Assembly: GCA_037445735.1 (NCBI GenBank)
Contig: JBBIJY010000001.1
Span: 63,883 to 127,882 of the forward strand
Direction: 5' to 3'
DNA: 64,000 nucleotides
Source: Armatimonadota bacterium
Lineage (GTDB): Bacteria > Armatimonadota > Fimbriimonadia > Fimbriimonadales > GBS-DC
The notes beneath the pieces were generated by a model. That model made no database searches. It was not told where the DNA came from and was given only the letters and a program-made list of their open reading frames with translations. The position numbers and the translations under genes were made by a program. This document shows, in pieces, positions 58,836-64,000 of the stretch; the first letter of the stretch is position 1, and every line of letters starts with the position of its first letter.

Positions 58836-61643
58836 TTATGTAAGCTGCTGGAGCCGCGTGGCAATTCGCTGATGGCGTTCCATCAGCTCCTGCTCCTGGG
58901 CGCGGGTCTCCTGCACCACTTCGGGGCGGGCGCGCTCCAGAAATTGGGGGTTGCGCAGGCGTGCCTGCACGCGCCGCAGCTCCTCCTCCACCCTGTTGAG
59001 TTCGCGCTGCAGGCGTTCACGCTCGCGCCCGATGTCGATGACGCCTTCGACGGGCAGGTAGACCTCCGCGCCGTCGGTGGGGTTCATCAGCGCGCGCTCC
59101 GTCGGCGTGCCCCAGCGAATCTCGCGGCACCAGGCGAGGTACTCCATCAGCGGCTGATGGCGCTGCAAGCGCATGCGACCGAGATTGTCCGTCGGATTCA
59201 ACCACACCAGCGGGATTTCGACGCCGGGCGTGATATTGACCTCCGCGCGCAGGTTGCGAATGGCGCGAATGGTTTCGAACACCTGTGCGATTTCGGCTTC
59301 CGCCTCAGGGTCGATAAGCGCGGGGTTCGCCTGCGGGAAGGGCGCACGGATCAGCGCAGGACAATCGGGCGTCGCGCCAATCGCCTGCCACAGCTCCTCG
59401 CTGATGTGCGGCATGTAGGGATGCAGCAGGCGCAGAATCTGGTCAAACAGGTAGACGAGCATCGCCTGCGTCCGGGCGCGGCGGGCGGTGTCCTGCAGGC
59501 GCGGCTTGCACGCCTCGATATACCAGTCGCACACCTCGCTCCAGATGAACTCATAGAGGGCGTTCGCGCCGTCATCGAAGCAGTAGTTCGTGAGCGCGGT
59601 CTGAACCGCGTCGATGGTGCGCTGCAGGCGGCTCAGCACCCAGCGATCCAGCACATCAGCAGGCTGTGCCCCCATCTGGCGCAGGGTCGCTAAATCGGCA
59701 TCGCTCAGGTTCAGCAGCACGAACCGCGTGGCGTTCCACACCTTGTTCGCGAAGTTGCGGGCGTTCACCACGCGCTCCTCATAGAAGCGGATCGACTGCT
59801 GCATGCCCGCCTGCTGAAGCAGCGACCAGCGCAGGGCGTCCGTGCCATACTTGTCGATCATCTCCAGCGGGTCGATGCCCGTGCCGAGCGATTTGGACAT
59901 CCGCCTGCCCTCTTTGTTCAGCACGGTCGCGTGGATGTACACCTCGTGGAAGGGCACATCGCCCACGAAATAAAGCCCCGTCATAATCATGCGGGCAACC
60001 CACAGGTAAAGAATCTCCTGCGCCGTAATCAGCACATTGGTGGGATAAAAAAGACGCAGCTCGTCCGAGGCGCGGGGCCAGCCCAACACGGTCTGGGGCC
60101 AGATGGCGGAGGAGAACCATGTGTCCAGCACATCGGGGTCGCGCACGAGGCGCGTGCTGCCACAACGCGGGCATCGGTCAGGCGCGCTCTTTTGCACAAT
60201 GGGGCTTTCCCGCCGCTTGAGGCGGTATCGCACCCCCTCACCCGTACCCTCTCCCCCTGATGGGAGAGAGGGACTTTGAACCCCCGCTCCCCTCTGGGGT
60301 GAGGGGTCAGTCAACAGCTCAAAGTTTTCGGGATGGCAATCGATGCAGTACCATGCGGGAATCTGGTGTCCCCACCAGAGCTGGCGGGAGATGCACCAGT
60401 CGCGAATGTTCTCCATCCAGTTCAGGTACATTTCGGTGTAGCGTTCGGGAATGAAGCGCACCTTGCCCTGCTTCACGACCTCGATGGCGGGTCTGGCGAT
60501 TGGCTCCATGCGGCAGAACCACTGCTCGCTCAGGAGCGGCTCGATGACCGTGTGGCAGCGTTCACAGCGCGAGAGCGGCACCGTGTGGTCTTCCACTTTC
60601 ACCAGATAGCCCGCCTGCTGAAGGTCCTCCACGATCAGCCGGCGCACCTCGTAGCGGTCTTTGCCATGATACTTTTGCAGGTAGGGGTTGGCGTGAGCGT
60701 TGAGTTCCTCGCGCAGGCGCTCGGTGTTGATGGTGGCGTCCTCGTTAATCACGATGGGGCGAGGCAGGTTGTGCCGCTGCCCCATTTCGAAGTCGTTCGG
60801 GTCGTGGGCGGGCGTCACCTTGACCGCGCCTGTGCCGAAGGCGGGATCGGGGTAGGGATCGGCAATCAGCGGGATGAGCCGGTTCACCAGTGGCAGGCGC
60901 AGGGTGCGTCCGATCAGCCCCTGATAGCGTCCATCGGCAGGGTTGACCGCCACCGCCACATCGCCCAGCATCGTTTCGGGGCGTGTGGTCGCAACCACCA
61001 CGCCGCCCTCGCCCTCCGCGAACGGATAGAGGATGTGATAGAGCTTGCCCGCCTCTTCCGTGCGCTCCAGCTCAATGTCGGAGAGGGCGGTTCGGCACCG
61101 GGGACACCAGTTGATGACGCGCTCGCCAATATAGAGATGCCCATCCTGCCACCAGCGCACAAACACCTCCAGCACGGCGTCGGCATATTCGGGGTCGAGC
61201 GTGAAGCGGGTATAGCGCCAGTCGTAGGAGCAGCCGAGCCGACGGAACTGCATCAGGATCGTGTTGCCATACTGCTCGCGCCACTGCCACACGCGCTCCA
61301 GGAACTTCTCACGCCCCAGTTGCTGGCGGGTCAGTCCCTCCTTGAGCAGTTCACGCTCCACCACATTCTGGGTGGCGATGCCCGCATGGTCGGTGCCCGG
61401 CACGCACAGCACATTGTAGCCCTGCATGCGCTTCCAGCGCAGCAGCACATCGTGGATGGTGTTGTTCAGCGCGTGCCCCATGTGGAGTGAACCCGTGATG
61501 TTGGGCGGCGGGATAGTGATGCAGTAGCGCGGGCGACCGTCATCGGCGATGACCGCCTCAAAATCGCCCCGCTCCAGCCACCACTGATACCGCCGCTGCT
61601 CCACCTGATGCGGGTCATAAGTTTTCGGCAACTCCTGCGCCAT
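58836..61643 (-). CDS. valS: Valine--tRNA ligase
   Basis: HIGH (SLHMGHAL), KMSKS (RMSKSLGTG), DVLDTWFSS, and a C-terminal coiled coil. Start placed at MAQELPKTYDP (61643) by analogy to the typical ValRS N-terminus; the ORF-track start is 61670. Confidence 0.95.
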   Translation of the reverse strand: MAQELPKTYDPHQVEQRRYQWWLERGDFEAVIADDGRPRYCITIPPPNITGSLHMGHALNNTIHDVLLRWKRMQGYNVLCVPGTDHAGIATQNVVERELLKEGLTRQQLGREKFLERVWQWREQYGNTILMQFRRLGCSYDWRYTRFTLDPEYADAVLEVFVRWWQDGHLYIGERVINWCPRCRTALSDIELERTEEAGKLYHILYPFAEGEGGVVVATTRPETMLGDVAVAVNPADGRYQGLIGRTLRLPLVNRLIPLIADPYPDPAFGTGAVKVTPAHDPNDFEMGQRHNLPRPIVINEDATINTERLREELNAHANPYLQKYHGKDRYEVRRLIVEDLQQAGYLVKVEDHTVPLSRCERCHTVIEPLLSEQWFCRMEPIARPAIEVVKQGKVRFIPERYTEMYLNWMENIRDWCISRQLWWGHQIPAWYCIDCHPENFELLTDPSPQRGAGVQSPSLPSGGEGTGEGVRYRLKRRESPIVQKSAPDRCPRCGSTRLVRDPDVLDTWFSSAIWPQTVLGWPRASDELRLFYPTNVLITAQEILYLWVARMIMTGLYFVGDVPFHEVYIHATVLNKEGRRMSKSLGTGIDPLEMIDKYGTDALRWSLLQQAGMQQSIRFYEERVVNARNFANKVWNATRFVLLNLSDADLATLRQMGAQPADVLDRWVLSRLQRTIDAVQTALTNYCFDDGANALYEFIWSEVCDWYIEACKPRLQDTARRARTQAMLVYLFDQILRLLHPYMPHISEELWQAIGATPDCPALIRAPFPQANPALIDPEAEAEIAQVFETIRAIRNLRAEVNITPGVEIPLVWLNPTDNLGRMRLQRHQPLMEYLAWCREIRWGTPTERALMNPTDGAEVYLPVEGVIDIGRERERLQRELNRVEEELRRVQARLRNPQFLERARPEVVQETRAQEQELMERHQRIATRLQQLT
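60231..60308. repeat. GC-rich palindromic element(s) inserted in frame in valS
   Basis: caccccctcacccgta ccctctccc-cctgat-gggagagagg ... cccctc-tggggt-gagggg. Translated on the minus strand as DPSPQRGAGVQSPSLPSGGEGTGEGV. Confidence 0.75.
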
Positions 61644-61709
61644 AGCGGAGAATATTGTACCTTTCACCATCGCCGCAGCGATTCAGGTATAATGGAGAGG
61701 TGGTGGCAG

Positions 61710-62709
61710 ATGGTGGAGCCACTATTCGAGAAGGGGCTGGGCACGGAACTGGAGGCGATGGTGTTTCGAGCGCCGCCTGGTGCCGAAATCCGCCTGAAAG
61801 CGGGTATCTATCGTCTTGAACGCCCCCTATTCATCACCAAGCCTCTCTCACTAATCGGCGATGGCATTCAGAAGACACGTATCGTCTGCAGCACGGAGGA
61901 GTGCGTGTTGAAGTTTCTGGGGAAAGGACGGTTTCGCGCGGAGGGTGTCGCGTTCTATCATCTTGGCAGGAAGTGGGGCGATGTGGTCGTGGTCGAGAAC
62001 GGAGAGGTGGACTTTAAGCGTTGTCGCTTTGTTGGGGGGGCGATGGAGCCGCTGGTATCGGCTCGGCGGTACAGGTGTGTGGTTGCGCGGTACAGTGCGT
62101 GGAACCATCCTTGAATGTGAGGCGGAAATGAACGAAAACGCAGGCATCCGTGTATCGGACAAAGCCCAGCCCCTTCTGCAAGCCAATCGCTGCTGCGAAA
62201 ATTATACTGGCATTCTGTATGACGGTGATTCAGCAGGCACTGCCAGGCGCAATGTGTGCAACACAAACCGAGCCGGAATCGTGCTGGATGGACGCGCCCG
62301 TCCGCTACTGGAGGGAAATGTGTGCAGCTTCAACCGCCACGGCGGGATTATCTATCTTGGCGGTGCGGCAGGTATCGCTCGCAGGAACATCTGTAACCAG
62401 AATCGGGTGAGGGGGATCGAGATCGCAGAGCAAGCCAGACCGGTACTGGAAGCCAATCAATGCATCCAGAATGAGGACGGCATCGTCTACTTCCATACGG
62501 CGGCAGGTGTTGCCCGACGCAACATTTGCCGTCTCAATATCTGTGGGATCGGGGTCACCGATCAGGCACAACCTCTCCTCGAATCGAACACCTGCGAGGC
62601 TAATCACCTGTTTGGCTTGCGCATTTTCAGCACGGCGCGTCCTGTGCTGAAAAACAATCGCTGTGTCAAAAACGGTCGGCAAGATATACAGGACGAGCGC
62701 CGTCGATAG
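61710..62709 (+). pseudogene. Right-handed beta-helix repeat protein split by a 1-nt frameshift at or near a G7 run (62034-62040)
   Basis: ORF 61608..62114 (...VVVVENGEVDFKRCRFVGG) and ORF 61945..62709 (GTGVWLRGTVRGTILECEAEMNENAGIRV... plus about 8 further ~23-aa N-x-x-GI repeats) overlap in different frames. Removing one G joins them into a 332-aa protein. ATG 61710 follows GGAGAGG. Confidence 0.65.
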
Positions 62710-62739
62710 CGACAGTTAAAATAGCCGTGTTCCGCAAGC

Positions 62740-64000
62740 TCATTTTAGCAACGCTGAGCCGAAAGTGTATTCATAGCGCATCGGGTTGTAGCGCTGATAG
62801 CCTCGTGGGGGAAACATCATCTGGGAGAGAGGATTATCCGCGTACAGACTGCGCCCGTGCTGAATAAAATATTCGAACTCCTCACGGAAGTTTTTGATGA
62901 AGGCGCGGATGGGCCAGGCGGCGGCGTCGCCCAATGCGCAGAAGCTACGCCCATCGATCTGGTCGCAGATGTCCAGCAGAAGGTCGATATCCGCCATGCG
63001 CCCCTTGCCCTGCAGGATGCGCTCCAGGATTTGCACCATCCAGCGGGTGCCCTCGCGGCATGGCGTGCATTTACCGCACGATTCGTGCGCGTAGAACTCC
63101 GCCGTGCGCCACGCGAAATGTACGATACAGGTGTGTTCGTTCAGCACGATGCAGCCACCGGAACCGACCATACTGCCCTTTTCCATCAGCTCCTCATAGC
63201 CGATGATCGCGTCCTCACATTTATCGGCGGGCAGGATGGGCATCGAGGAGCCGCCCGGTATGATGCCCTTGAGCTTGCCGCCCGCCATGCCACCCGCCAG
63301 CTCGATGAGCTCCATCAGCGGCGTGCCAAACTCAATTTCATAGTTGCCTGGTCGGTTCACATGCCCGCTGACGGAAAAAATCTTGGTGCCGCGGCTGTTT
63401 CGAGTGCTGGCGCCGTACTGGGCGTACCACTCACCGCCGTTGAGGATGATGTGCGGCACGCAGGAGAGCGTCTCGCAGTTGTTGATGAGCGTGGGGCAGT
63501 CCCATAAGCCGGCGACGGTGGGCAGGGGCGCGTGCGGGAACTTCAGGCGCGGCATGCCCCGCTCGCCCATCAGGCTCGACATCATCGCCGACTCCTCGCC
63601 ACACTCATAGGAGCCTGCGCCCATGTGAATGTAGATGTCGTGATCGAACCCGCTGCCGAGAATGTTTTTGCCGAGGTAGCCTGCGCGATAGGCTTGATCG
63701 ATGGCTTTGCGCACCTTGCGGGCGCACTCCACATACTCGCCCCGAATGTAGATGTAGCCGATGCGGGCGCGCACTGCATAGCCTGCGATTATCATGCCTT
63801 CAATCAGCTGGTGAGGGGCGCGATACATCAGCTCGAAATCTTTGAAGGTGCCCGGTTCGCCCTCATCGGAGTTGCACAGCACATAGTGGAGCTTATCGTC
63901 ATCTTTGGGAATGCCGTTCCATTTGATCCATGCGGGGAAGCCTGCGCCACCGCGCCCGCGCAGACCCGACTTCTTAATTTCGTCGATGACCGCCTGGCGC
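62740..64000 (-). CDS. nuoF: NADH-quinone oxidoreductase subunit F (5' end outside window)
   Basis: ORF 62740..63882 continues open to the window edge (own translation upstream: ...GLRGRGGAGFPAWIKWNGIP...). Motifs GEPGTFKD, GAGSYECGEE and ESCGKCTPCREG (N3 cluster). Confidence 0.9.
   Translation of the reverse strand, partial: RQAVIDEIKKSGLRGRGGAGFPAWIKWNGIPKDDDKLHYVLCNSDEGEPGTFKDFELMYRAPHQLIEGMIIAGYAVRARIGYIYIRGEYVECARKVRKAIDQAYRAGYLGKNILGSGFDHDIYIHMGAGSYECGEESAMMSSLMGERGMPRLKFPHAPLPTVAGLWDCPTLINNCETLSCVPHIILNGGEWYAQYGASTRNSRGTKIFSVSGHVNRPGNYEIEFGTPLMELIELAGGMAGGKLKGIIPGGSSMPILPADKCEDAIIGYEELMEKGSMVGSGGCIVLNEHTCIVHFAWRTAEFYAHESCGKCTPCREGTRWMVQILERILQGKGRMADIDLLLDICDQIDGRSFCALGDAAAWPIRAFIKNFREEFEYFIQHGRSLYADNPLSQMMFPPRGYQRYNPMRYEYTFGSALLK

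Noticed and set aside
61654-61659. TACAAT 10 nt upstream of the valS ATG (61643) as a promoter giving a near-leaderless valS mRNA
   Set aside because: There is no acceptable -35 element at the right spacing, and it is a single hexamer match. It is too weak to report as a feature.
62404-62416. cgggtgaggggga inside the beta-helix gene as another repeat-family copy
   Set aside because: It encodes NRVRGIE, which fits the regular beta-helix repeat pattern with no extra residues, and there is no adjacent hairpin. It is probably a chance match.

Overview
High-GC (roughly 60-65% by eye, not computed), densely coding bacterial chromosomal window with about 57 protein genes on both strands and GGAGG-type ribosome binding sites. 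All function calls come from motifs I read in the translations; no database search was run.

Recognisable housekeeping genes:
- Translation and tRNA: cysS, mnmE, pheS/pheT, infC-rpmI-rplT, valS.
- DNA: ruvX, an nth-like glycosylase.
- Metabolism: tdh, a pdhA/pdhB/E2 2-oxoacid dehydrogenase operon, pyrC, aspA, an aroF-type DAHP synthase, a partial MTAP-like gene at the left edge.
- Other: copA, and partial nuoF at the right edge.

Accessory content:
- A carotenoid cluster: cruF, an acyltransferase, a GT2 glycosyltransferase, crtB, crtI and an SRPBCC protein.
- An SLH-domain outer-membrane beta-barrel protein.
- Two MFS transporters, one fused to HEAT repeats.
- An ABC-2 exporter operon and a tricorn-like protease.
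- A sigma-70-family gene next to a 1038-aa Cys-rich secreted protein.
- Two tandem PIN-type toxin-antitoxin cassettes.

Most notable observations:
1. A base-perfect 2,904-bp head-to-tail tandem duplication (4124-7027 and 7028-9931). It doubles a secreted PPC-repeat/dockerin protein gene and leaves chimeric aroF/HDOD junction fragments.
2. A family of GC-rich palindromic elements (CCCTCACCC box plus a CCCTCTCCC/GGGAGAGGG hairpin). Copies abut stop codons in intergenic gaps. Copies also sit in frame inside copA, valS, the E2 linker, pheT and the pyrC 3' end.
3. The two TA cassettes share conserved 5' and 3' boundary blocks. The second VapC carries a 1-nt frameshift in an A-run.
4. A beta-helix repeat gene is split by a frameshift at a G7 run.
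5. infC appears to start at AUC behind a perfect consensus promoter, and its 3' tail overlaps rpmI.

No rRNA, tRNA, CRISPR array, transposase or integrase was recognised. Taxon is uncertain; the SLH-tethered outer-membrane protein, CruF-type carotenoid genes and dockerin-tagged secreted proteins loosely suggest a deep-branching diderm lineage such as Armatimonadota (low confidence).
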